The position numbers and the translations under genes were made by a program. The notes under the pieces were generated by a model that did not search any database, was not told the DNA's origin, and saw only the letters and a program-made list of their open reading frames with translations. Shown piece by piece: positions 10,601 to 24,050 of a stretch of DNA of 64,000 nt. The stretch's first letter is position 1; each line of letters starts with the position of its first letter. Source of the stretch: Anthoceros angustus (lineage: Eukaryota > Plantae > Anthocerotophyta); assembly GCA_010909165.1 (NCBI GenBank), contig MU008179.1:62001-126000 (forward strand), read 5' to 3'.

Positions 10601-12407
10601 ATGTGATTTAAATTTGTTCTAGATCAATGAGTTATAGTCATGAGATTTATTGTAGTCAGAAGCATGCATGTATTGCAGTCAGTCACAAACATATGTGGCA
10701 GTCACTAATCTGAAGTAATCTATGAACCGTACGCACACTTGGGAATGTGCAGACATTATGACAGAGGGTCTTTGAAGTTTCGAGGGTCAGGAGCTCCCAT
10801 AAATTTCAAATCAAGTTCCTACGACGACTGCATCAAAGAGGTTTGCTTCAATTTTTCTTTTTGTGAGGCTTATAATATAGAAACAAATATATTATGGAAT
10901 GAGCTAATTAGTCATTACTTAATTCCTCTTTACTTCCATTGACTGGTTCTTTTTTTGTAATATAGAATAGTGCTCTAAATTGTTAAATGGCTTGGTTTGA
11001 AAAAATTCAATATCATAACTATGTTATATATTTGGTGTCCTACAGATTGAGCTGATGAGCAAAGATCAATTTCTTGAATGGTCTCGATGCATGGCGAAAC
11101 GATGTCTAGATTCAAAATTTTTTGGTACAAAATTTGAAGCACAAAGAAACAAATGGAAGACTGAATATAAGATTCAGAATCCATTTGCCAAAAAGTAAGA
11201 AGGCACATCTTTCCTACATTATATACATTGTTTGAGCATAGTTTGAAGTATCAGTATTTATAATATACTGTATCTCTTATTCCTAGGGATGCTACTTTGA
11301 GTCGAGGCTTTCACAATACTGAGGAAGAGGCCGCAAGGTATGTATAACGTATTTATGTGTATATCATTTGTGCAAGTATATATGATATTGTTATATCGAT
11401 GAGATTATGTATGCAATAGTGCTATAGTCTATTTCTATTTCCTAATTTCTAAGTTTGACATGATTACTTTTCATTATGATTTCAGAGCATATGATATAGT
11501 CTCTATAGAAGTTAGTGGAGCTAATGCAATCACCAATTATCACATCAGTGAATATGACATTGATTCCATCTTGAATAGATCGGCCTTGAACCGTAATGGT
11601 AAATCATTGGGACTGGTATAGCTTTTGAACTGCAACTTATTGGATCACTCTAGGAAAATTTTAACTTGCTTATCCCAATGTTTCAGGTTTACACCGTCCA
11701 GAACAAAAGAAGGCATTGGAACAAGCCCATTGGTTAAATGAGGAAAATATTGCAAATGTCAAGAATAGCAGAGGTATGGTTAGTTGTATTCATAAAGTTA
11801 TAGATATGAACCATGGCTATTAAATTTATTCTCATCTAACTTTCTAGTTGGTTTGGAAGCAGGGATATCTAGAAGGCAGATTGTTAAAGGTAAAGAGAAA
11901 GTCACAAGTAAGCAAGTGAGGGCGCCCACAAGTAATATCTTGCCTATTATGAGTGATGACCTATATGTTGCACAACGTCAACAACTAGGGTGTGCACGAT
12001 CAGATCCAACAATGACATTGGCCATTGCTGCAAATGCTTATGATATTCTTCATCAGCAACAACTTGCTCCATTGCCTTTGACATTACGACCAAGAGGAGC
12101 ACAAGATGTTGTATCTTTCAGAAGCCAACCCACAAAGGTAATGAAGCTTGGAGGAAGTGATAACCACAATCTGAGAGAGGATGTTATGGGTAGGTTTGAT
12201 GGAGCAAATACTCCAGGTCCTTCAAAAGTGAGTCAAGTAAGTGATGCTTCGGGGAGAAAGAATCATCCAAATACAACTTCGGGGCATCCAAATACAACTT
12301 CGGGGCATCCAAATACAACTTCGGGGAGAAAGAAGCGTCCAAATACAACAACCAATATCCTTGAGTGGACTATGAAGAAGAGTAGATATTGGCGACCTTA
12401 TCACTAA
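7700..12407 (+). CDS. euAP2-type transcription factor with two AP2 domains; 13 predicted exons, ~872 aa
   Basis: Exons 7700-8324, 8436-8578, 8804-9055, 9268-9330, 9596-10011, 10138-10178, 10444-10474, 10753-10840, 11046-11194, 11287-11337, 11486-11598, 11687-11773, 11848-12407. All junctions are GT-AG and phase-compatible, totalling 2619 nt. AP2-R1: SQFQGVNCYRRTKRWEAHIW|ETPKKLNGKQQYLG|SCYNELEAAR|HYDRGSLKFRGSGAPINF. Linker IELMSKDQFLEWSR. AP2-R2: SKFFGTKFEAQRNKWKTEYK...K|DATLSRGFHNTEEEAAR|AYDIVSIEVSGANAITNY. Intron positions and the 31- and 88-nt exons match euAP2 structure as I recall it. The N-terminal exons are less certain than the AP2 exons. Confidence 0.9.
12262..12345 (+). repeat. In-frame 21-bp tandem repeat (HPNTTSG x3 plus a degenerate unit) in the last AP2 exon
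   Basis: CATCCAAATACAACTTCGGGG repeated. Confidence 0.9.
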
Positions 12408-12639
12408 ACTCTTCATTTCATATTGATGGAGAACTTTATGATCGTAAAACTCTACATATGTGTGTAGCTAGATATCACATTTAGATAGAAGAATTTTTTA
12501 TAGTTATAAATTCATATTAAAAGTATTAAAATTTTAAGTAAATATTCAAACTTGGATATAAACCAATTAAAATGAACTTTATGCCCTAAAAGTTAGAAAT
12601 ATTTGTCTAAAGTTTGATATCAATGTATCGAGGAAAAGA

Positions 12640-12960
12640 AGACTTTATTATAAAAAAAGAGATGGGAAAAACCCATCCACCCCAAAAACAAAGGGGGAAA
12701 AACCCGACGAAGGGCACCATGCTAGGGGGACTAGCCACCATAATCACGCATTTCAAACTATCAACTGCCCGAAGAACTTCATAGTCAGGGATGTGAAAAG
12801 GTCTACTTACCACCGGTGTCGAAGAAGCTGCATCTCCCATGCTCGCTGTCGTTCTGTACACTGCGTTGGCCAATGCCCTCTGCAGAGCGATGGAAACCCT
12901 CTGCCAGAAGAGAGCAACAACACAAGAAAGGGGGAGAACAGCGTCTGTTTTGAAAGGGGT
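12640..12960 (-). mobile_element. Probable 5'-truncated 3' end of a non-LTR retrotransposon (CRE-like, REL-endonuclease type)
   Basis: Minus-strand FWQRVSIALQRALANAVYR resembles the conserved QR(L/V)S(I/V)ALQR..A C-terminus of CRE-type ORFs; AT-rich (TAA)-like tail near 12645. A single short motif only. Confidence 0.45.
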
Positions 12961-13015
12961 TTCTCCTGTCAAAAGGGGTTTTGGAAAAAATCCCAATCCT
13001 ATTTCACCGAAAACC

Positions 13016-13043
13016 CCTACTAGAAAAGGCAGCCTATGTTACA
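13016..13043 (+). repeat. Left TIR of the CACTA-type element
   Basis: CCTACTAGAAAAGGCAGCCTATGTTACA, exact reverse complement of 35976-36003. Confidence 0.95.
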
Positions 13044-14330
13044 CTTTATGTTAAGATTTGGACCCCCGGATGTAACACTTATGTTGCAATTTTGGGGTCA
13101 TGTAACACTTTTGGGCGCTTGTTACACTTTGGCTTGGAAACCAAACCGGAGTGTTTGTTGCAACCATGTTGCAAGTGTGTTGCAATTTTGTTGAGATGAA
13201 GTGAGGCGCTTTTGTCCTCTCTCAAGATTGCAACACAGTTGCAACATATAAAGTGTTACAAGAAAAGTCTTGTAACACTTTTGGAGGCTTGATGAACCTC
13301 CTCCCCATCTACCTTCCTCCTTTACTACATTTACCATATAGAATACTTGGTTTCCTTATTACCTCGTATGAATACATATAAATAAATACATGTATGCATA
13401 CACCTTATAGAATCTTGGTATTGGTAATATGCCATATCGATAATTTCTGACATACGGTTATATTTCATTTTGTATAAAACACATTTACACGCTACGTCGT
13501 AAATTGTACACGTCCGGGATACTATACTTTGTATTCATCATTCACGAAAACCATACGGATACATACATCCCACATTTCACCCAGCCTATTTTTGTGTCTG
13601 TCGTGTCGCAACCTACCTTCTCTAGCGGGCGTTACGTGCGGCTTGTCCCCATGCCCATCGGCTTCTTGCCATGGCTCGCCCACCCTTCTTATCGATTTAC
13701 TACTTTGTCCTTACGCCTAGGAGTTTGCTTCTTGGCCGGTTCTTTCGCTCCATACAGGCGCTTCTTCATTTCTAATTTCCTACTCCTCATCGTATGCATG
13801 AGAAGGAAACCTCCTACAACCCCTTTTGCGATTTTCTTCCTCCCTTCCTCTTGCGTTAATGACCGACTTTCCCTTTCCATCGCATCCACCTCCCTTCCTC
13901 CTCTTGCGCACCAGTACAAACATCGCAGCATGCCCTTGATACATGTGCAGCATATAGTGCTGTGACCTTCAATTGCTTACCTTCCCCATCTTTTCTTATG
14001 TACCTCTTGCCCATCGCTCCTTCCATCCTCGCTCTTTCCATGGCGCCTGCCCTGGTCACACGGCCCCTCATGCCTCCACCTCCCCGCTTTCCTCTTTCGG
14101 CCTCCACCTTTTGTCACGGTGGCGTAGCCTCCAATGGGGCCCATGGAGGTCCATGCTTCGGTCAGTCGCCGGTATGTGTCTGCACGGTTAGGCACGCCCT
14201 CAATGTCGTCCTTCCTCATACTCTGCGCCCTTGTTGTTTGGCGTTCGCCATCAACCCCTTTTGCCGCCTCTTTCTCCCTCCCCCTCGAAAATTCCCTCAT
14301 GGCTGCCACTCGCCTTTTGGCCCCCACCAC

Positions 14331-17300
14331 GACCATGGCTTCTGCTTGCGGACCCCCGCCTCTCCTCCATTCGCCACCTGCCTCTCCCTCTCCCACCCCC
14401 ATTTGTTCACAGCGCACGCTGGACACATGCCTGCCTTGGTGACGACACAATTGCCTCCCGCTGCGCAACAGAATTCTCATCCGGCCCTCCGATTCCATCC
14501 CTCATGTCTTTCACGGCCCTCGTCACTCCCTCTGACCCCATCTCCGTCCACAATGTGCGATTACGCGTCACTGGCGATGGCGGGCACCCTCAACACACGC
14601 CCTTTACCGGCTGCCCTCTTGACACACCCTCCTTCCGTGAACCGGCATGGCCTCTGGTGATTCCAAGTCCCTCCCCCCTTGCAGCCAAGGCAACTTGACG
14701 GTGACGGGCACACGTGTCGTGTCGTCACGGCCGCCTCTCCTACACATCTTCTCACACTCTCGGCATTCACACTATCACCGGCATGGGCGTTCCATCACCT
14801 TCGGGTGATCGTGGCGTCGTCGGCACCACGATCACATTGCCGTCATAGCCTCACTCGGACACTGTTTCCACCATCACCATCCACCTTCGTGGCGGACCAA
14901 GCTGCCCCTCCCTCCGTTTCTCTTTGTGTTTTGTCTCCTCCTCTCTCCCAATGCATTCTACTCCCACCGTCCTCCTACTTATCCCCCACATCCACACCAC
15001 CACCTCCTCGGTGCCTCATCTTCCATCCTTCGTCTCGGAAATGCCACGGATCTGGATCCATCTCCAATTCCATGTCGTTCAACAAAATTGTCATCTCCCT
15101 TGTCCTCCACAGCCACTTTGAACCTCGGGTGGTTCGGTTATTCCATGTCTTACCATGTATGAACTCGGGACGGACCCCGCCGTCACGAACCGCCCACAGA
15201 GGTTGCATGGAGATCGTCCTCTTCAGTCTCCCAAATTCAGCCTCCTCTTCGGTTGGGTACCTCCCATGCTTCTTCTCAAACCGAAGCACCCATCCAGCAC
15301 GCCCTCCCTTGCCCCAAGGGTTTGGCCCCAGCCCTCCGTTTTTGGCCAGCCTCTCTTTTGCTGCAAGTTCATACTTGATGGCTCGAACTTCCCGTTTCGT
15401 TGCAGCTCCATCCGAGCCCAGGCAAGGGCATCTTCCCACTCCTCCTCGTCCACCATGCTCGGCTTCTTACCCGCTCCTCCCCCCTCCTGCTCCCTCTCCT
15501 CTAATGCCGCTGCCTTTGCGGCCTCCACACATCGAGAATTGCGCGTGCGAGTCATCTGCGAGAAGTGTCGGCTTATGCTGGACTTCACCACGGTCGGGAA
15601 GGCTTCACCGATTTCACTAACGTCCCTTCTCCCCTCGGGCGTCGCGCCATCTTGCCATGTTCCCGGTTCATTCACAACCTTTGTCCTCACGGTTTCAGCT
15701 CTTCGTGCCTTGCTTCGGACCCCGAACAACATCGGATTCCCTTCCCTTCCTGTCCTTTGCTTTTGCATTGCCTCCTTGACCATTTCACGCCATTCCTTTT
15801 ATCAAGGTCACAAGTGCATCGTTGTCCACCTCGACACCACTCCATCGGCATCCGGTTCTGCACCTCCTCTCCCTTGTCATCACACCTCCCCTTGGCAACC
15901 GTCGCCATTCCTCATCCGATTCTTGTCGTTTGTCGGCGTGGGACCACTTGCGCCTGTCCTCGGTTTTGTTTGCCTTCGCGGTCCCAACCACCTCCCGTGT
16001 TGCCATGGGCTGCCTCCACATCTGCTGCATGAGCAGTGCCGGCATGCCAAGCAAGGTGCACATAGCGTCCGTAAGCGCATCAACGTGTGTACAAATTCTG
16101 AACAAGACGTTCTTGTCAATCCAGTCTCGAAACACCCACCTCATCTGATAGCAAAGCATCGTCACCCACTGCGTTCAATTCGCGAACGCAATGCTCCAAG
16201 TCCGCGTCTGTCGGGGCTGGGATATTCCACGTCTCCATGTCCTCAAATCTGCCATTGGTTTGGGCTGCCATGTTCCCTTGTCCCTCACAACTCTCGTGTG
16301 TCTATGTAGGACGCGGTGGCCTGGTGAGGCGCTTGGATCGGAGGTGTTAGGTGGGGTGGGGTGGATGGCGAGTAGCTCGAGGCAGCTTGCCCTCTCATCC
16401 TCCCCACCACGACCATGGCTTCGCCATGGACCCCGCCTCCTCCATTCGCCACCGCCTCCCTCCCCACCCCATTTGTTCACAGACACATGCCCGCCTTGCC
16501 GGTGACGACACAATTGCCTCCCCCGAATTCTCATCCGCCCTCCGATTCCATCCTCATGTCTTTCACGGCCCTCGTCACTCCCTCGACCCCATCTCCGTCC
16601 CACAGTGCCCGTCATTACTAGGCGTGACGGCACCTCCCAACACACGCCTTTACCTCTCTGACACACCCTCCTTCCGTGAACGCATGGCCGCCATACCGAT
16701 TCCAAGTCCTCCCCGCCACGCCAAGGCCGAACTTGAGCACACCCACTGTCCGCCACCCGCCGCCGCCTCTCCCTACACATCTTCTCACACTCGGCATTCA
16801 CACTATCACCGTGCATGGACGCTCCATCACCTTCGGTGATCGTGGCGTCGGCACCACGATCACATTGCCCGCCATAGCCTCACTCGACACTGTTTCCACC
16901 ATCTCGCACCATCCCACCTTCGCAAGTGCACTGCCCCTCCCTCCGCTTTCTCTTCGTGTTTTGTCTCCTCCTCTCCCAATGCATTCTACTCCCACCGTCC
17001 TCCTACTTATCCCCCACATCCACACCACCACCTCCTGCAGGCCTGCCTTCCATCCTTCGCCCCTAAATGCCACCGATCCGGATCCATCTCCAATTCCATG
17101 TCGCTCAACAAATTGTCATCTCCCTTGTCCTCCGGCCATAGCCTCGAACCTCGGGTGGTTCCGGTTATTCCATGTCTTACCATGTATGAACTCGGGACAC
17201 CCGCCACTTGTCGAACCGCCAGAGGTTGCATGGAGATCGCCCTTCGCCTCCCAAATTCAGCCTCCTCTTGGGTACCTCCCATGCTTCTTCTCAAACCAAG

Positions 17301-18646
17301 CACCCATCCAAAGACGCCTCCCTTGCCCCAAGGGTTTGGCCCCACCCTCCGCTTTTGGCCACCTCTTTGTGCAGTAAGTTCATACTTGATGGCTCGAACT
17401 TCCTGCTTCACAGCTCCATCCGAGCCTGTGCAAGGGCATCTTCCCACTCCTCCTCGTCCACCATGCTCGGCTTCACCCGCCTCCTCCCTCCTGCCCCTCT
17501 CCTCTAATGCCGCTTTGCCTCCACATCGAGAATTGCGCGCGAGGTCATTTAGAAGTGTCGGCTTATGCTGGACTTCACCACCGGTCGGGAAGGCTTCCGA
17601 CACCGATTTCACTAACCGTCCCTTCTCCCCTAACGCCGCGCCATCTTGCCATGTTCCCGCTCATTCACAACCTTTGTCCTCACTCCTCTCAGGCCTTGCT
17701 TCGGACCCCGAACAACATCGGATTCCCTTCCTTCCTGTCCTTTGCTTTTGCATTGCCTCCTTCACCATTTCACGCCATTCCTTTTATCAAGCCAAGTGCA
17801 TCGTTGTCCACCTCGACACCACTCCATCGATCCGCCTCGCACCTCCTCTCCCTTGTCATCACACCTCCCCTTGGCGAACCGCCGCCATTCCTCATCCAGC
17901 CAGGCGCTTGTCACGTCGGGACCGCCCACGCCCTTCCCTTCCTGTCCTTTGCTTTTGCCTTCGCATCCCAACCACCTCCCGTGTTGCCATGGGCTGCCTC
18001 CACATGTCTCTGCATGAATACCGCCAAGATGCAAGCAGCACTGCAACGTCGCAGAACCGTGCATCAACGTGTACAAATTGTGAACAAGACGTTCTTGTCA
18101 ATCCACAAACACCCACCTCATCCGATAGCAAAGCATCGTCACCCACTGCGTTCAATTCGCGAACGCAATGCTCCAAGTCCGCGGCCTGGGCTGGGATATT
18201 CCACGCACGTCCCATGTCCTCAACCGCCATTGGTTGGCCGCCATGTTCCTTGTCCCTCACAACTCTCCGTGTGTCTATGTAGGATGCGGTCGTGAGGCGG
18301 CTGGATCGAGGTTAGGTGGCTGGGTGGATGAGCGAGGTAGCTCGAGACGAGCTTGCCCTCTCATCCTCCCCACCACCTACGGATAGGCGTCGGCGGCGTC
18401 GGCGGCCGCGCGATGGTGCTCTAGCGGGGTATCGATGTCGCAAACTCGGCCGCGCCCTTCCCTTCCATTGCCCGTTCGGGCGCCATGCGCCATCTTGAAG
18501 GCATTGGCTTGCCCCTTCCGATAGTTGCCAAGCCAAGGGTCGCCGCCAAAATTCAAAGCTCTTCATATGGAAAGCCTTTGTTTGCAAACTCGGTGGATTT
18601 GTTGCTTCGGAATCAAGCGTCCTCACTGCCCTTTCTCCTTCGCCAT
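14331..18646 (-). pseudogene. TnpA-like (Ptta/En/Spm, Transposase_24-type) ORF2 remnant, present as a ~2.08 kb tandem duplication
   Basis: Likely ATG at 18646 (MAKEKG...). Fragments KKPSMVDEEEWEDALAWARMEL...NLQQKRG...GLGPNPWG...FEKKHGRYPTEEE resemble the P..v..eeW..l...W/N..NR...H..G/.gR.Pt..E pattern of CACTA ORF2. Region 14331-16410 repeats at 16411-18376. Many frameshifts. Confidence 0.65.
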
Positions 18647-18699
18647 AATGACTAGTGTTTTATATTACGACAACTTGTAGTCCCTTGCCCACAATTGAG

Positions 18700-21600
18700 T
18701 GCAGATCTAGAAGAGGTCATCAATGCATATTGCCGATAATCAGTGTCGTCATGTGAACACCGCCACTGAAGACCACGGTATTTAGTAGTGTCACGTTGGT
18801 TACGCTGTCTTCCAATGGAGCCACATTACGTTCGTCAGTAGTCCGGGAGGTTCTGCCCCATCTTAGTAGTGTCACGTTGGTTACGCTGTCTTCCAATGGA
18901 GCCACATTACGTTCGTCAGTGGTCCGGGAGGTTCTGCCCCATCCCTCGACGTCCATAGGCCACATGCCATGCGCTATATGGCTCCGTCCACTCGCTCCGT
19001 GTCCCTCCATCCCCTCGCCGGTGTGGGCACGGCGATGGCCCAGCCTATGTTTTCATCCCCCGTCTCCGGATGCATACCTGCGTCACTGCGATGGCGGACA
19101 AGCGGACCATCTATTGAGCGCACCACTGTACACAAACTTTCTCCGTGTTACAATGTCAAATCCGATTATCGACTTTCGCATCGATGGCCTTGTCCCTCCC
19201 GGTGACACTCGTACCATCTAACCTTCAACAAAATTGGCTTAAAATCATGCGAGAAGCTGCGGAGTATTTGTTCTATGTGCGTAGAACGGGCGCTCCTCTT
19301 CAATGTCGCCCGTCCCGATCATGAGAAACTTGCGCTCACCGCACTATCCTTTGTACTCCGGACGTTTGTCCGCCTCCACGCTCGAGGTGGCTGCCTTTGT
19401 TCCACATGTGGCTATATGCCTTGCACTGCAACGTCCGTGCGATCGCATCAACGTGTGTACAAATTGAACAAGACGTTCTTGTCAATCCGTCTCGAACACC
19501 CACCTCATCCGATAGCAAAGCATCGTCACCCATGCGTTCAATTCGCGAACGCAATGCTCCAAGTCCGCGTCGGCCGGGATATTCCACGTCTCCATGTCCT
19601 CAACCGCCATTGGTTCGGGCCGCCATGTTCCCTTGTCCCTCACAACTCCGTGTGTCTATGTAGGATGCGGTGGCGTGAGGCTGCCCGGATCGAGGTGGGG
19701 TGGATGAGCGAGGTAGCTCGAGACGAGCTTGCCCTCTCATCCTCCCCACCCACCCACGGATAGGCGTCGGCGGCGTCGGCGACGCCGCCGCGTGGGTGCT
19801 CTAGCGGGTATACGATGTCCGCAAACTCGGCTTCACGCCTTCCCTTCCATTGCCTGCTCAGACGCCACCGCGCCATGTCAAGGCATTGGCTTGCCCCTTC
19901 CGATAGTTGCCAAGCCAAGGGTCGCCGCCAAAATTCAAAGCTCTTCATATGGAAAGCCTTTGTTTGCAAACTCGTCGGCCGGTCACATTAATCGCTTTCA
20001 CAAATGGCCTCACCCTTTCTCCTTCGCCATAATGACTAGTGTTTTATATTACGACAACTTGTAGTCCCTTGCCCACAATTGAGTGCGATCTAGAGGTCAT
20101 CATTGCATATTGCCGATAATCGTGTCGCCATGTGAACACCGCCATCAAGACCACGGTATTTATGTCACGTTGGTTACGTTGTCTTCCATTGGAGCCACAT
20201 TACGTCAGAGTCCGGAGGTTGCCCCATCTTCGTAGTGTCACGTTGGTTACGCTGTCTTCCAATGGAGCCACATTACATCGCTCGCTGGTCCGGGAGGTTC
20301 GCCCCATCCTCGACGTCCATAGGCCACATGCCATGCGCTATATGGCTCCGCCCACTCCTCGTGTCCCTCCATCCTCGCCGGTGTGGGCAGCGATGGCCCA
20401 TTTATGTTTTCATCCCCGTCTCCGGATGCAAGATGCATCGACACCGCGATGGCACAAACGGACCATCTATTGAGCGCACCACACACAAACTTTCTCCGTA
20501 TTTACAATGTCAAATCCGTGTACGACTTTCGCATCGATGGCCTTGTCCCTCCCGGCCGACACTGCGTACCATCTAACCTTCAACAAAATTGGCTTAAAAT
20601 CATGCGAACTGCAGCGGAGTATTTGTTCTATGTGCCGTAGAACGGGCGCCTTCAATGTCGCCGCCACGCCCCATGAGAAACTTCGCGCTCACCGCACTAT
20701 CCTTTGTACTCCGGCGACGTTTGTCCGCCTCCACTGTTCTGAGGTGGCTGCCTTTGTTCCACATGTGGCTATATGCCACTGCTTGCAACGCAGGCCCATC
20801 CATGATTGCGGTCACTTCGTGGGTCATGCAAGGATGCCCATCCCATGCGTTCAGAGCCCTTCTTCCATATATCCACTGTCTGAAAGTCCGTCGACCATCC
20901 CGTGCACCGTTTGTCCTAACTTCTTCCTCGTACATGTCCGCGGCATGCATCGTCACTGCGATGGCGGACAAGCGGACCATCTATTGAGCGCACACACACA
21001 AACTTTCTCCGTATTTACAATGTCAAATCCGATTATCGACTTTCGCATCGATGGCCTTGTCCCTCCCGGCCGACACTGTACCATCTAACCTTCAACAAAA
21101 TTGGCTTAAAATCATGCGAGCGGAGTATTTGTTCTATGTGCGTAGAACGGGCGCTCCTCTTCAATGTCGCCGCCATCGATCATGAGAAACTTCGCTCACG
21201 CCGCTCCTTTGTACTCCGGCGTTTGTCCGCCTCCTTTACGAGGTGGCTGCCTTTGTTCCACATGTGGCTATATGCCGCGCGCAGCCCATCCATGATTGCG
21301 GTCACTTGTGGGTCATGCAAGGATGCCCATCCCATGCGTTCGAGCCCTTCTTCCATATATCCACTCGAAAGTCCGTCGACCATCCTGCACCGTTTGTCCT
21401 AACTTCTTCCTCGTACATGTCCGCGGCATGCATCGTCACTGCGATGGCGGACAAGCGGACCATCTATTGAGCGCACACACACAAACTTTCTCCGTATTTA
21501 CAATGTCAAATCCGATTATCGACTTTCGCATCGATGGCCTTGTCCCTCCCGGCCGACACTGTACCATCTAACCTTCAACAAAATTGGCTTAAAATCATGC

Positions 21601-24050
21601 GAGCGGAGTATTTGTTCTATGTGCGTAGAACGGGCGCTCCTCTTCAATGTCGCCGCCATCGATCATGAGAAACTTGCGCTCACCGCATCCTTTGTACTCC
21701 GGCGTTTGTCCGCCTCGCTCGAGGTGGCTGCCTTTGTTCCACATGTGGCTATATGCCGCGCGCAGCCCATCCATGATTGCGGTCACTTGTGGGTCATGCA
21801 AGGATGCCCATCCCATGCGTTCGAGCCCTTCTTCCATATATCCACTCGAAAGTCCGTCGACCATCCCCGTGCACCGTTTGTCCTAACTTCTTCCTCGTAC
21901 ATGTCCAAGAACGCGGCACCTGTGATACAACACATATGTATGCGCTGGCGTGCCTCCACGGCATCCATAATGTACGACGGCCGACACCGCACCTTCTCCC
22001 CTATACGTTCATCTGCAGTCCATGCTTCTCCCACGTGAGCATAATAACGGCGGAGAAATGTCATGCCGAAATGCAAACTCTCCTCACGCATGTACCCCAC
22101 CGCTATCTGGACTCGGGTCTCGCGCACTGTCGCGCCTTCACGGATCCTAAATACCTCTCCACGGGTACATCCACCTAGTGTGAGCCCAAGCGGCCACCTC
22201 GTCCACTAAGTGTAATATGAGGTGGGTTGATATATCAAACATCTTGAAATTGCTTCTCGAGAGCACATTACCCTCACGCCTCTTCGTGCTTGGATGTCCC
22301 GACTCGGTATCGTCCTGGCAAATCCACCAGAAGCGTCCTAGCTTTACAACCGCCTTGTACACCTCGGCTCTATGCACCCCGGAGACGATGGGGAATATGA
22401 TTTCCAACATAATGTGCGGCATGCGTCACTGCGATGGCGGACAAGCGGACCATCTATTGAGCGCACCACAAACTTTCTCCGTATTTACAATGTCAAATCC
22501 GATTATCGACTTTCGCATGGCCTTGTCCCTCCCGGCCGACACTGTACCATCTAACCTTCAACAAAATTGGCTTAAACTCATGCGAGAACTGCAGGCGGAG
22601 TATTTGTTCTATGTGCCCGTAGAACGGGCGCTCCTCTTCAATGTCGCCGCCAGGCCCCATGAGAAACTTCGCGCTCACCGCACTATCCTTTGTACTCCGG
22701 CGACGTTTGTCCGCCTCCACTGTTCTGAGGTGGCTGCCTTTGTTCCACATGTGGCTATATGCCGCTGCAACGCCATCCATGATTGCGGTCACTTCGTGGG
22801 TCATGCAAGGATGCCCATCCCATGCGTTCGAGCCCTTCTTCCATATATCCACTCGAAAGTCCGCCGACCATCCTGCACCGTTTGTCCTAACTTCTTCCTC
22901 GTACATGTCCAAGAACGCGGCACCTCCCTGTGATACAACACATATGTGTGCGCTGGCGTGCCTCCACGGCATCCATAATGTACGACGGCCGACACCAGCA
23001 CCTTCTCCCCATACGTTCATCTGCGTCCATGCTTCTCCCACGTGGCGTAATAACGGCGGAGAAATGTCATGCCGAAATGCAAACTCTCCTCACGCATGTA
23101 CCCCACCGCTATCGACTCGGGTCTCGGTCATCGCCCTTCACGGATCCTAAATACCTCTCCACCGGGTACATCCACCTAGTGTGAACTGGCCCAAAGCGCC
23201 ACCTCGTCCACTAAGTGTAATATGAGGTGGGTTGATATATCAAACATCTTGAAATTGCTTCTCGAGAGCACATTACCCTCACGCCTCTTCGCTGTGCTTG
23301 GATGTCCCGACTCGGTATCGTCCTGGCAAATCCAGTAAGGCGTCCTAGCTTTACAACCGCCTTGTACACCTCGCTCTATGCACCCCGGACGATGGGGAAT
23401 ATGATTTCCAACATAATGTGCGATCATGGCATTTCCCCAACTTTCCGCTTTCCACCTTAGGCTATGTTGGACCCATAGCCGCGCTTGATGCGTTTAATGC
23501 CCTCAATCACGGTCTTCAAGTCGATTTGGACAAAGCGTCGCGGCGCCGTATTGGCCATCGTCACCTACAGCCACAACCATCTTTTCCCCGCTTGCTACCA
23601 TGTCCATGCGCGAAGCAATGTCATCTCGCTCTCCGTCGGCGTGTGCCATATGGCCTCTGCATTGTTTTTCCACGTGCATCACATCCTTTGGCGCCCACAC
23701 AAGCATGTGACGCCGATGGCGGACTACGAACAAGGGCGACATTCTCGGTTCCAAAGTTGCCCGGACGGACGTCTGCGGTGTCGCGGCTTCTGCGTGCCAT
23801 ATCCGTCACAATATCATCGAACGTTGGCGGCTTTGGTTTGGGTCGGAGGTCCGATCCATCAAACCAATCATCCTCCCACCGTCATCATTGCATATTGCCG
23901 ATAATCGTGTCGCCATGTGAACACCGAAGACCACGGTATTTAACATGTCACGCTGGTTACTTGTCTTCCATTGGAGCCACATTACGTTCATCGAGTCCGG
24001 AGGTTACGCCCCATCTTCGTAGTGTCACTTTCCAATGGAGCCACATTACG
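18700..24050 (-). repeat. Tandem amplification of the 3' part of the CACTA TnpD gene (DUF4216-like unit x5 plus DUF4218-like unit x2, besides the native copy)
   Basis: Anchor CCATCTAACCTTCAACAAAATTGG at ~19214, 20569, 21081, 21564, 22547 and 24322. Minus translation AYSHMWNKGSHLRTVEADKRRRSTKDSAVSA...FYGHIEQIL...FKPILLKVRWY. Anchor GTCCACTAAGTGTAATATGAGG (FDISTHLILHLVDE...RWMYP) at ~22201, 23207 and 24996. Confidence 0.9.

Noticed and set aside
10444-11337. Two similar xxEAAR exons as possible mutually exclusive exons
   Set aside because: The intervening exons (10753-10840, 11046-11194) show they belong to AP2 repeat 1 and repeat 2 respectively.
13962-18295. Long plus-strand ORFs (e.g. 15155-16309, 17098-18282) as real genes
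   Set aside because: They are Pro/Ser/Leu-rich antisense shadows of the purine-rich minus-strand TnpA-like sequence.
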